Positions 36,009 through 48,345 of a stretch of DNA of 64,000 nt are shown here, piece by piece (position 1 is the first letter of the stretch; every line of letters begins with the position of its first letter). Made by a program: the position numbers and the translations under genes. A model generated the notes under the pieces. The model was not told where the DNA came from, made no database searches, and saw nothing but the letters and a program-made list of their open reading frames with translations. Source of the DNA: Podarcis erhardii (lineage: Eukaryota); the NCBI GenBank assembly GCA_964252035.1, contig OZ176208.1; one strand, 5' to 3'.

Positions 36009-38024
36009 TTGGGACCTTAAAAGTATAAACATCTGATAAATAAGTGTCTTAGAATAATTGGTCTGCTCCTTTAATTAATGTAGAGAAACTGGTCCCCACT
36101 GTGTTAATTCTGTTTCTGGAGCTAAATTGCACAATTATTTCAAATGTGACTGGGTGGCTTTTAGGGGTTCTTTGAAATGTCCATGCTGTTGTTTTGAAGT
36201 TAATTTTATTGAGGGTTATTGTGAAGACAAAGCCTTTCCCTGCTAGATAGTCAATAGTTTCCCCTGGAAATTTCATTGCAGTTTTTCTTCTTGAATTGGG
36301 TGCATCTTGATGGGGATGGCGGCCGCCAATACAGGCATGTTCTCCTTTGCGCTGGACATGGGACTCTGCTTCCCCTTTTCATAATGGCTCCTTCACTTTT
36401 GCGGTAATAACAAACAACTGAGGACAGCAAAGTAACATGAAAGAGAAGCATGAAAACAATTTAATGATTAGCACCGAAACGAATATTTAATTAAAATAAA
36501 AGCCATGCCTAAAAGCCTTAATGCTGACTTTTGGAAACCGAACCATGCTGTGGTATTTGGAAAGCCCAATGTCCTGTACAGTAGATATTCCAAATTGCTT
36601 GGGAACTGGAGCTTACGTTTGCAAGCTTGGAATGTCCTGCGGATAATTAAGTTGTGGTCAGGCTTTAGAAAAATACAAAGTTCTCAAACTATGATTTTAT
36701 AAACATGCTGCAATAACATTTCTTTATATTTAACAGTTTCGTATAGAAAGCTGATACTCTCACAAGGCATTGATTAAAGGTAAAACATCAAGAAAGGAAA
36801 AATATTAAATTAAAACTTCAGTTAGGATGTTGACAGTTGGCTTGTAATATTAAACAGATGTGCGTGTTCTTGGGATATTCTTCTTTCAAAGCCTTGTTGC
36901 CAAGATTAAAAAAAAAGACAGCTACATGATTTTTTATTAATGTTTAATTCCCTTTTACTTTAGATTCTCTTTTGCCTGGTTCAGTTCCTTTGGATGCTGA
37001 GATTTTAATAAGGTCTTTGTATATTTCATTTTAGATCAGAACACATGAGATTGTGCCCATTATTTAAAATTCTTGTTTAGAAAGTTTTCACTTTTGCTTT
37101 GCATGTTAAATTCGTTTTTTATGTAATTGATATGTATGTGGGAGCAGAATTCGATCCACTTAGATCCATGCTGATTAGAAGTAGTTTATAATAGATAACA
37201 GAAAATCATTAAACTTTTCTACATTGAATTGTAGTTCAGTATAGTGCTTCTTCTTTTTTAATTGTGAGAAAAACACTAGGAAATAATGTGATCAATTACA
37301 GAACTTCTTTTTGGAACAACTAGTGTTTAACTCAGTATATTTTTGCTTTTTATCCGTGGCTTTATTTTTTATCCGTGGCTTTATTATGTTATACCATGAA
37401 GTCCCAAGAGCTACTTCGAGAAGGAGATTGCCAGTGACATTATTAACTTCTTTTTCTTCCAATAGTTGACACCCGCATGTTATACCACAACTTCATTTTT
37501 ATGATGTTTTGATTATTTTATCATATACCACTGTGACATTTTATAAATCTTTTTATAAATAAATAAAATAAACTGCTTTAAATCCTCTGTCTTAAAAAAA
37601 GTCTGCCATGTAAAACACAAGTCTGAAGCCTCCATGAGCTCAGCATGTTCTTTGGCACCTGACTCTGGCATCTAAGGATAGTTGTAGACAACTATCTACC
37701 AAGCTGTTTTTGTTTTAGCAGATATAGATAAAATTATCTTCAACAGCTGGCTAGACATTGCCAGATATCAGGGCTACATGGAGACCTTCCTGGGCCCTTT
37801 GTTGTTCAGTGTCTTTCTAAATGACTTGGATGAAAGAATTGAGGGGATGTCCATCCAATTTGCAGAGGACACCAAACTGGGAGGATTCAAGATGACCTTA
37901 ACAGACTGGAGAACTGGGACAAAGCTAACAAAATGAATTTCACTAGGGACAAATGTATGTTCTGCAATTAGGCGGGAAGTACCAGGTGCACAAATATAAG
38001 ATGGAAGAACCAGGCTTACTAGTA

Positions 38025-38242
38025 CAGTGGTACCTTGGGTTACATACGCTTCAGGTTACAGACTCCGCTAACCCAGAAATAGTACCTCAGGTTAAGAACT
38101 TTGCTTCAGGATGAGAACAGAAATTGTGCTGCGGCGGCAGCAGGAGGCCTCATTAGCTAAAGTGGTGCTTCAGGTTAAGAACAGTTTCAGGTTAAGAACG
38201 GACCTCCGGAACGAATTAAGTACTTAACCCGAGGTACCACTG
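38025..38242. mobile_element. Tc1/mariner MITE, family A
   Basis: TA|CAGTGGTACC...GAGGTACCACTG|TA inside the old CR1. Confidence 0.93.
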
Positions 38243-38340
38243 TAGTACATGTGAAAAAGATGTTGGGGTCTTGGTGGACCACAAGCTTAACATGAATCAA
38301 CAAAAAGTGAACGCTCTTCTGGGCTGCATCAATAGAAGTA

Positions 38341-39039
38341 CAGTGGTACCTTGGTTCCCAAACTTAATCCGTCCCAGAAGTCTGTTCCAAAACCAAAGCG
38401 TTCTAAAACCAAGGCATGCTTTCCCATAGAAAGTAAAGCAGAATGGATGAATCTGTTCCAGACTTTTAAAAACAACCCCTAAAACAGCAATTTAACATGA
38501 ATTTTACTATCTAACGAGACCATTGATCCATAAAATGAAAGCAATACTCAATGTACTGTACTATAAAATAAATAAGACTGTATTGTAGATGATAAAAATT
38601 AAAATTAATTTTTTTCCTTACGTGCACTGATCATTGTTTGGATCAGTGCTTTTATCCATTTTTGCAGTCACACAATCAGTAGCTGAACTGGGTTCCACAC
38701 AGTTACAAGTCAGTACCATAAAACGAAGGACAAGTCACAGTCAAAAAACCCCGAAAAAACCACACAAACAAAAGCGCAAAAAAGTAGCAAAAACAAAAGC
38801 TCCAAATATTATCTCTGTGTTGCGTGGGTGCTCAGGTCTAAACAGCTGACAGACTCAACAGGAAGCCTCTGATAAGCAGCGGGGGACTCAATTTACAAAC
38901 GGAACACACTCAACAGGAAGCGGAACATGTTCCGCTTCCAAGGCAAAGTTCACAAACTGGAACACCTACTTCCAGGTTTGCAGCATTCTGTTTCCAAGTT
39001 GTTCATAAACTAATCTGTTCTAAAACCAAGGTACCACTG
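38341..39039. mobile_element. Tc1/mariner MITE, family C (699 bp)
   Basis: TA|CAGTGGTACCTTGG...CCAAGGTACCACTG|TA with iterated AAAACCAA motifs. Confidence 0.9.
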
Positions 39040-39163
39040 TATAATAGTGTCCAGATCAAGAGAAGTAATAATAACACTGTATTCTTTCTTGGTGTCAGAC
39101 CACATCTGGAATACTGTCCCCAGTTCTGGGCACCACAATTTAAGAAGTGTATTGACAAGTTGA

Positions 39164-41330
39164 CTTTTCATTTAGTTGGTAATACTGCAACCTGTCTGTC
39201 GCTCAGTTCTTTATTTTCCCCCACGTCTTCAGTTTGATTTCTCTCTCCGATAAGTCCAGTAAATCTCTATATATTGCCCATTGTCATAGAATCATAGAAT
39301 CATAGAGTTGGAAGAGACCACAAGGGCCATCGAGTCCAACCCCCTGCCAAGCAGGAAACACCATCAGAGCACTCCTGACATATGGTTGTCAAGCCTCTGC
39401 TTAAAGACCTCCAAAGAAGGAGACTCCACCACACTCCTTGGCAGCAAATTCCACTGTCGAACAGCTCTTACTGTCAGGAAGTTCTTCCTAATGTTTAGGT
39501 GGAATCTTCTTTCTTGTAGTTTGGAACCATTGCTCCGTGTCCGCTTCTCTGGAGCAGCAGAAAACAACCTTTCTCCCTCCTCTATGTGACATCCTTTTAT
39601 ATATTTGAACATGGCTATCATATCACCCCTTAACCTCCTCTTCTCCAGGCTAAACATGCCCAGCTCCCTTAGCCGTTCCTCATAAGGCATCGTTTCCAGG
39701 CCTTTGACCATTTTGGTTGCCCTCCTCTGGACACGTTCCAGTTTGTCAGTGTCCTTCTTGAACTGTGGTGCCCAGAACTGGACACAGTACTCCAGGTGAG
39801 GTCTGACCAGAGCAGAATACAGTGGCACTATTACTTCCCTAGATGCTATACTCCTATTGATGCAGCCCAGAATTGCATTGGCTTTTTTAGCTGCCGCGTC
39901 ACACTGTTGGCTCATATCAAGTTTGTGGTCAACCAAGACTCCTAGATCCTTTTCACATGTACTGCGCTCAAGCCAGGTGTCACCCATCTTGTATTTGTGC
40001 CTCTCATTTTTTTTGCCCAAGTGCAATACTTTACATTTCTCCGTGTTAAAATTCATCTTGTTTGTTTTGGCCCAGTTCTCTAATCTGTCAAGGTCGTTTT
40101 GAAGTCCTCTGGGGTGTTAGCCACCCCTCCCAGTTTGGTGTCATCTGCAAATTTGATCAGGATGCCCTTGAGTCCATCATCCAAGTCGTTGATAAAGATG
40201 TTGAATAAGACCGAACCCAAGACAGAACCCTGTGGCACCCCACTAGTCACTCTTCTCCAGGATGAAGAGGAACCATTGATGAGCACCCTTTGGGTTCGGT
40301 CAGTCAGCCAGTTACAAATCCACTGAGTGGTAGCATAGTCAAGACCGCATTTTACCAGCTTCTTTACAAGAATATCATGGGGCACCTTGTCAAATGCCTT
40401 GCTGAAATCAAGGTAGGCTACATCCACTGCGTTCCCTTCATCTACCAGGCTTGTAATTCTGTCAAAAAACAAGATCAGGTTCGTCTGACATGACTTATTT
40501 TTCAGAAATCCATGCTGACTATTGGTGATCACAGCATTCCTTTCTAGGTGCTCACAGACTGTTTGCTTAATGATCTGCTCCAGAATCTTCCCTGGTATTG
40601 ATGTCAGACTGACTGGGCGGTAATTATTTGGGTCCTCTCTTCCCCCCCTTTTTGAAAATAGGGACAACATTTGCCCTCCTCCAGTCTGCCGGGACTTCGC
40701 CTGTTCTCCAGGAATTCTCAAAGATGACTGCCAGTGGTTCTGAGATCACATCTGCCAGTTCTTTTAATACTCTTGGATGCAGTTCATCTGGCCCTGGAGA
40801 CTTGAATACATCTAAACTAGCCAAGTATTCTTGTACTATCTCCTTAGTTATTCTGGGCTGTGTTTCCTCTGCTGAATCATTTGCTCCAAATTCTTCAGTT
40901 CGGGCATTGTTTTATTTGTCGGAGAAGACTGAGGCAAAGAAGGCATTGAGGAGTTCAGCCCTTTCTGTGTCCCCTGTTTGCATTTCACCATCTTCTTCTC
41001 TGAGTGACTGTCCATATTAGTCTTCTTCAATGCTATAGCTTCTATTGGTGATAACCACAAGAGTGTTTCCCTCTCCAACAGATTTTTATATTTCTCCCAG
41101 ACTCTGTAGGTATTCCTTCTTACCACATGGTTCTCGAAGTTCTTCTATATATATATTAGCATTTCCATACCATAAACACGGGTGCCAGCCAAAATTAATA
41201 CCATGACCTTCCAAATCTAATAGGTGGTTTTTTTAATAGCAAAATTCATTCCTTTAACCAACATAAACATGCCGCCTCATAATATAATTGTAAATTGGCA
41301 ATTTCTTATTTAGGTACGTATCTTCTGATT
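39164..41330 (-). mobile_element. Internal L1 ORF2 fragment (39164-39281 plus 41013-41330) interrupted by a young CR1
   Basis: Minus-strand translation across frameshifts: LYYEAACLCWLKE..LLDLEGHGINFGWH..NHVVRRNTYRVWEKYKNLLERETLLWLSPIEAI..|..WAIYRDLL..LQYYQLNE. I recognise this as post-RT squamate L1 ORF2. It is bounded by a direct repeat ACAAGTTGA. Confidence 0.6.
39284..41008 (-). mobile_element. Young 5'-truncated CR1 LINE (1.7 kb) with disrupted ORF2 reverse transcriptase
   Basis: (ATTCTATG)n tail at 39284. ORFs 40080-40721 and 39364-40056 give the CR1 RT ([35 protein letters not shown]). A frameshift near 40630 and small deletions near 40105 and 39840 break the ORF. Confidence 0.96.
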
Positions 41331-42199
41331 ACAAGTTGAGCATAAACAGTCATAAGTTATGTTGTAACTCATTCTGCTTTTTGTAAACCTCTCTGAGGGT
41401 TTTTTGTTGTTGTTGTTTTACAATCAAGCGGAATATAAATTTTCTGAAATAAGATAAATATACTTTGACAGTTTGAAGCCATTATGCCTGACTGTGGTTA
41501 GTTAGATTGTTTGATATTATATTATCCCTGGCCTTGAAAATTGCAGTGGTCTTTAGGAGTGATCTGACATTCATGAAATCAGGCTTAGTATACCTATTCT
41601 GGAATGTAAAACACCCCTTTCCCCCTTTTGTATTGAGGATAAATCATGATGAAATCTTTCTCATTTCCCTGTTTTCTTCCCATTATAATGTATAATGCAA
41701 ATAATTTTCTCTGAATTTTAAGACCTGATCCCTATGAATTGTAGGCAAGTGGTTTCAATTCAAGGGGAAGAATGAAGAAATAGGGCAAATAAATAGATTT
41801 CTTTCCTATGAAAACACACGCATAGTTTCAGCTTGTTTGTTTATCAGCCCAGTTTGCATTGTGTCTCCCCATGTTGATTTGCTTTTTTTTTGTTTTCCAC
41901 TTGAGAATGCAGGATGAGGGTCATTTGATTGCATGCTCCTCCGTATTAGAATAAACCACTGCCTATTAAAAACTCAGTGACAGAGTGTCACAGATTTCAA
42001 TTCTACCTTTCCCCCTGACGTGCACATTATCTGTGTGTAGGAATCAACTCCTCCTGTAGCAGGGTAGTATTTCACCAGGAGTCTAACCAGACACAGGTTT
42101 GAAATAGGCCTTTTTGTTCCTAAACATCAGTAAGGCATCCTATAAAGATAAAATATTCTATCTTTCCAACTAGCTTTGTAGAATGAAGACCCTGTGGTC

Positions 42200-42370
42200 T
42201 TGCCTTGTGGGGTGTGGCTGCTGTTCCATTTTATCCTTACAACAACCTTATGAATTGGATTCATCTGAGAGATGGAGATTGGCCCAGGATCACCCAGTGA
42301 ACTACATGGCCAAGCAGGGTTGGACCTGTGAGTCTCTTTTCCAAGTCCCATTCTCTGAGTATTGCACCAT
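42200..42370 (-). mobile_element. Degenerate MIR-like / squamate tRNA-SINE fragment
   Basis: TTATCCTTACAACAACCTTATG...GATTGGCCCAGGATCACCCAG resembles the CORE-type SINE body in reverse. Confidence 0.45.
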
Positions 42371-44429
42371 AGTGGTTCAGTTTTATTTGAAATCTGTTTG
42401 GATGGTATAAGAAAAAGCAAAGTGTACTCTTTTGAATAAACAGTTGTTTTGCTTCTTTATTTTGTCAGGCTGCAGATGGTACTTCTGTATTGCCATATCT
42501 GCACAGTAAAATGGGAGTGGCATTGTAGGGTGTTTGCTCAGTTAATTATAACATCAATTACGAGTGTGTGTGGTTGCAGTAGTTCATTGTTAGATATATG
42601 ACCCTCCTGCTAAAATAGAAGACATCACACGATTGTGTGTGTATGTATGTTGAATGACGTGTTCAGGGTTTTTTTAATGCAATTTTGAAAATATGCAAGA
42701 TGTAGCAATTAACCTACATGTACGTATATAATACTAGAAAATGGGCGACTTATTATATTCAAAGACAGGATCTGATAGGCTCAAATTGCTTAAAACATCA
42801 GTTATTGAAGATCTACCCAGGGGAATTTAAGAAACCATTTAACAGATGAAAGTACATTTTGAAAAGTTTGACCTTACAGGCAATCATAAAATGAATGCAA
42901 ACAGTGCTTCTCCCCCTGAAATGTATAGAGCCCATCTGTGTCTAATCCAGTAATTACAGACTGAGTTCAATTACCTTTTCAAACTTGGAGCAGACTGGAG
43001 ACTAAGCAGTGAATGTGCATGGGGTTTTGTCTAGACCTCAGTTGACCACAGTCTAAAACAGGAATTTATATCTAATTTTATTTTATTTTGTTCAGTTTGG
43101 TAGCTCTTAAAAGATTCATTTTGGTACTTAAGTTATCAGATTCTGGAAGCCTAGTACACATGTATTGCTGTACTTGTGTGTGAACATGTCTTAAAAAAAA
43201 AAAGTTTGTGAGAAAAGTAGTTGGCATTTGCAGCGTAAGGATTTGGGGAGTTTAGTTCCTTTTAAAAACTGTTTGAGAGCAGCCATGCTTTTGTTTCTTA
43301 GTTCTTTGTGGTTTACTCTGGTTCTGTTTTAATACTGTGGCCTATAATATGCATTGCATAATGAATAATATTTTGAAAGAATTATTAACAGTAATTTTCA
43401 AATGTAACGCACTATAAACAATGAAGCACCTTTACTATCACCCCTAAGGATCATGGAGCTAGGCTGCCTGTGTGTGCTGGCTTTGTGTGGGATCCTGTGC
43501 AACATGTTAAAATGATGCTGGAGCACATATTCTTGCCTAGCCCCATTATTTTCTTATTTTAAGTAACTGGGTTTTAGGGGCTTTCAATGGCAAAGTGAGG
43601 CAGAAATGTTTGGGATTGTACCATGTGCTCAAGTTAAAATCGTCTCTTTGCTTTCAGCTGTTTCTCTCATTTAAATCAGTAGAAGTTCTGAACAGTAGCG
43701 CACAGTCCTTGTACGGTAAATAGATTGTAAGCACAGCTGCAGGAACTGATACCACTGTTTGAAATGAAATGAAATGACTTGCTATCAATACAACAACATA
43801 GCATATTCTCTTCCTTGCATATCAAATAATTCATCTGGCGATGAGATATTAGCATGGTTCGCACATCATGCTAAGCCAAACTATGCCTTATTGACAGCAT
43901 GTGGGCTTCTGGAGACGAAATTGCCTCTAGTTTGCTACTCAGTCAGTTTTCTGCTGTGGAGCCCTGAGCTCGTCTATGGTTTGGCTTAATGTGTAAACTG
44001 AACCCAGGCTTGTGGTTTAGCTCTCTCTACACTAGCCATGAACTTTAAACTATAGGACAAAACTTGGTTACAGCTCATGTTTAGTGCGGAGAGAGCTAAA
44101 TAATGAGCCCAATTTGGGCGACATGTTATACCAAACCATGGCTTATAAGGTTCAGTGCAGAGCAGGAGCAAAATGACTAGGGAGGACCAAACGGCCATTG
44201 CTTCCTCTCCCAGGGCCTGTATGCATTCATGCTAAATCATGCTTTGGTTTACATTGATGTGGGAATCAGGATATTATTTGCTAAGCTGATAAATTGGGTA
44301 TGCCAACAACTGTAGTCTTACACAATATTCCGTGGGTCAGACTTTATTATTAATTTTACTTATTTGTCTACTACAAAAAGTGTCAATCAGTGCCAATTCA
44401 GAAAAAGATATAGCATAATAAAACCATTC

Positions 44430-45850
44430 TAATAATCTATAAACAAACCCAGTAGAAGAACATTTTATGGAATTGCCACCAACCAGCTGGTTGCAATCCA
44501 TCAAATGCCTGGGAGGAAAAAAAGTAAGTTTTAACTTGACACCTAAATGATGTTATTGGTGGACCTCATTGGGAAGAGCATTCCATAGGTGGGTAGCCAT
44601 AACTGAAAAAGTTTTCTTCCCTGTTGATACCTCTTGAACCTTCCTCAGAGGGAGCATTCAAATAAAGATCACAAGTAAAGATGGAAGGGTCCAAGTAGAT
44701 TTATACTGGGAGAGGCACTTCGGAAAAGATTGTGGTCCCAAGCCATCAGTGTTAAAACTAGCACTCTGAATTGGCAACCAGTGCAGTTGTGCCAGGATCG
44801 GTGTGATATGTCAACAAGTGGGTGGCCACTAGCTAAATATTCTGAACCATCTTCATAGGCAAACAAATATACAGCACATTGCAGAGCATATATTACTGCA
44901 GCCAAGTTATTCCTGTCCATAGACGGCCATAGCTGAGCCACCAGACAAAGCTGGTACTCTGCACTCTGCACCACCGAGGCTGCCTATGCCTCATGTGGCA
45001 GCAGTGGATCTAGGAAGACACTCGACTGCAGACCTGCTCTTTCAGAAGGAGCTTGACCGCCACCCACCTGGTCAGAAGAATCACCCACTAATAATATTTC
45101 AGTCTTGCCTGGATTCAGTCTGTTTATAGGCCCTCATCAAATTCTATTTTCACAACCAAGCACCAGTTCGGCACATTTTTCACCTCACCTGCAGAAGAGG
45201 AAAGAGACTAATGCAGCTTCGTGTCAACAGCCTGCTGTTGAGAATGCACTGTCATTAAAGAGAAGAGTAAGAGCAGCCTCTGCAGGACCCAGTTCTGGAG
45301 AACCCATAGGGCCAGACAGTATCCCCCAAGCACAACCTTCTAGATCTAGGAGTGGTGATGCCTTTAGGGCAGTTCCTTCTTTAGAAAACTTCTGTTAAAA
45401 AACCCCAATGGTTTCCCTTGCATAGATAGTACATCTGGATTAGCCCAGAGTAAAAAATTCTGTTGCCAGACACAAGAGGGTGCATAGGAATCTGTCCGTT
45501 AAGGAGGCCATTGTCAGAAGTTACGGTATATGATGCAGCCATCTTGTTGAAGCTAAGTAGGTGTGGGCCTGGATGGGACACTACATGGAAACTCCTTGAG
45601 GTTTATAATGGAAATAAATTCAACCTAATCTGCAATAACAGCAGTTCCATCAACATGGGTAAAGTTTGCAGATCCACACATTCTGTAGAACAAGAGGTAA
45701 ATTTAATGATGGTTTGGTGTGGTATCTCCGTTAACAAACCAATGTTTCAGATGTTGCTCCACCTCCAGAACCACTGTTTCTAGAGATGGTAGCACTAACA
45801 GATGGGGAAATGGGGGGACTTGCGGTACATGCATGGGTCAAGTATACGTT
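44430..45850 (-). mobile_element. Old, fragmented L2 LINE
   Basis: Patchy L2-like ORF2 and 3' sequence on the minus strand. Boundaries are approximate. Confidence 0.45.
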
Positions 45851-46578
45851 GGTAGTTGCCACTTTACAAAGTTAGGCTCTCTGGCCGCAGCTGCACAAAA
45901 GAGTCAAAGTAAATATATCCCTCTGGTGTTTTCATATTCTAATTGGACCTAAACATGTTTACTCAGGTAAGTTTCACTTAATCCAGTTCTATTTCCTCCC
46001 AGCAATTGTTTTGCAGACTTTGTAAAAGTTAGTAATTTTTCACTGAGACCATTGTGGAATGTTGTAGGCTACATGGCATTTATTTCAAAAGTATGAACTA
46101 TGCCTTTCAATTTAGCACCCTTTTCAATAAAATTAAACAGCAATTTTTTTTGACTTGGTTTTTTTTTTTTTATGAAAGAGATATTGCCTAAGTGGGTATA
46201 ATTAAGTTGTAAGAAGTGGCCCATCAACTGAAATCCTATGACGAAAAGCAAGACGCTGTTTAATAAAAGGAGGTTCTTTTGCAGAAACAGTACTCTGATT
46301 TTCATTAAGTAAATGGTATTCTCAGCTACTTTATCTAAGCTCGAGATTAATTTCTATGGTTACGGGTGGATATAAATCTCTAGTATGCTTTTCAAAACTG
46401 ATTGTGTTTGTTCACAACAAGATTATAGCAGCCTTCTTCTAAAATAAGTTTTTACTTTAAATTCCCCCCATTCAATGCATAGACATAGGTGGGCTGCGAT
46501 TCCAGAGGCATCATAAAAAAATAAAAAGATATGTGCTGAAATAGAATTACAGAAAGTAGACATTAAAATACTAAATAG

Positions 46579-46725
46579 CAGTGCTTTCCCCCTTAAAAAC
46601 ATGTTTAGGGGTACTCTCATTTTCCTACTCATATTGAAATACCACCCCTCAATGAGGCCAAACTTAGATTCACAAAATGTTTAGGGGTATGTGTGCCCCT
46701 GCGTCCCCCCAGAAAAAAAGCACTG
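46579..46725. mobile_element. hAT MITE (CAGTGCTTT termini)
   Basis: CAGTGCTTT...AAAGCACTG with perfect TSD CTAAATAG (46571-46578, 46726-46733). Confidence 0.9.
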
Positions 46726-46783
46726 CTAAATAGGGTTCATGGTTTCAGGCAAAGGGAAAAAATGAAGGCCCCTTACTGTACAC

Positions 46784-47086
46784 CAGGTATACAGTGGGGA
46801 GCCTGAGGTCTGGCTCTTTATCTGGCCTTGAAACTATCCCAGGCCACATCCTGCATCAGCTCATGTGACCCCAAACTCTGTTAATTTCTCCTCCTTGTCT
46901 GGGTATAGAACAGAGGGAGAAGTGCAAGTGTGTGTAGAAACTCTTCTAACATGCAAAGGTAAATTTATTTGCCTTGTCCTGTTCCCTTTTGCCTCTGGCC
47001 CTGCCTACCAATAATTGGTTGTGATCCCCATAAAATTGCCCAGAAGCAGAGGTGAGCCTTGAACTAAAAATGGTTCCTCACCCCTG
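46784..47086. mobile_element. hAT-Charlie-type MITE
   Basis: Right TIR GGTTCCTCACCCCTG, with a disrupted left TIR. Perfect TSD CTGTACAC (46776-46783, 47087-47094). Confidence 0.82.
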
Positions 47087-47928
47087 CTGTACACTAGGAC
47101 TTCTAAATATTCATTTCTATACTTCAGCTCTAGCAGGTAGACATATTTAATGCTGAGTAATAAACACATAATTAATGATGATAAACAATTTGTTGGTTTA
47201 ACATTAGGTGCAACCTAAAATTTTGCTCCCGTAAATAAAATTGCTAATGTTAAAATGTAAATTTCCCAGAAAGTTATGTATGAGCCAGATTAGATTACTG
47301 TTCGTGTAAAGCGTGATGGAAAGCATGTTTATACTATTGTGTGTGTGTCCGTGTGCACTCATGTATTTTCCATATAGAGATCATGTCATTTTTTGTTCCC
47401 ACATTCCACGCAGAGAAAGAATTTCTGAAGCATAGCTTATTTATAAAATAATAGTCAGGAAACATGTTTTTGAGATTCTGAATAGCATCAGTATAACGTG
47501 TAAGTAGAGGATATACAGAAGGATATCTTGTTAATGGAAATTGCAAGTAAGGGAAAGGTATTAAAACACTTTTAAAAGCAATGATAATGTGAATGAGAAT
47601 CTCTGTATGGGGCTACTAGTTACAGCCAACTCATTCTCAGAATGTGGAATCTTTTGTAGCCAAAGCAGCACAATTCACACACATAAAAGAGGCTTCAGTA
47701 GGCTTGAAGGAGTCCCAAAGAATGCTATCTAAATAAATAAACTGAAAAACCCTTTGGGGGCTAGGTGGGTGGAATGCTGACTGACTGTTGGCAAAGACAA
47801 CAGAAAACCTGGAAGAGAGGAAGTGGAAGGGAGTATCCTGTAGGAGGGCATTGCTAGCTGGTTGGAACCCTCATCAGGAGCATGCCACACGACAGTGTTT
47901 TGTTGCAGGTCCTGCTTGTCTCTGCACA

Positions 47929-47986
<58 letters not shown>
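47929..47986. repeat. (GT)10(GA)19 compound microsatellite
   Basis: Read directly from the sequence. Confidence 0.97.
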
Positions 47987-47992
<6 letters not shown>

Positions 47993-48249
47993 ATATTATA
48001 CAGATGCTCGTTTACCTATAGCTTGTTATGTACGGTTTACAGTGACTTCAACCGGAAAATAGGTGCACCTCAGTTTTGAAACTTTGAATAAATTTTGAAT
48101 CTGAAATTATATACTGTGCTACATAGATACAATTCAGTGTGCATTTCAGAATTGGGCCTCTATTATGTACATCAGTTACAGATTTTTAAATTAATGAATA
48201 ATAATGAATAGGATTGGGCTCCAACCTGTACACCCAATCCTACACAACT

Positions 48250-48345
48250 TTTAGAAGAAATCTGAAGGCAGCCCTGTATCAGGAAGTTTTTAACGTTTGA
48301 CGTTTTACTATGTTTTTATATGTACTGTAAGCCGCCCAATCCTTT
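48250..48345 (+). mobile_element. L2 3' end fragment
   Basis: Same family as the 11560 and 35829 copies. Confidence 0.7.

Larger units (their letters stand above)
37785..39163 (+). mobile_element. Old CR1 RT fragment split by two MITEs (pieces 37785-38024, 38243-38340, 39040-39163)
   Basis: CR1 ORF2 text (LFSVFLNDLDE...FAEDTKLG...[10 protein letters not shown]...LGCINRS...[12 protein letters not shown]) is continuous once the MITEs are removed. Confidence 0.8.

Noticed and set aside
39364-40721. 230-aa and 213-aa RT ORFs as a host gene or active element
   Set aside because: They are pieces of a 5'-truncated CR1 with a frameshift and deletions, lacking ORF1 and the endonuclease.
46788-46796. 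TATACAGT inside a hAT left TIR as a Tc1/mariner excision footprint
   Set aside because: Too short to distinguish from ordinary mutation.
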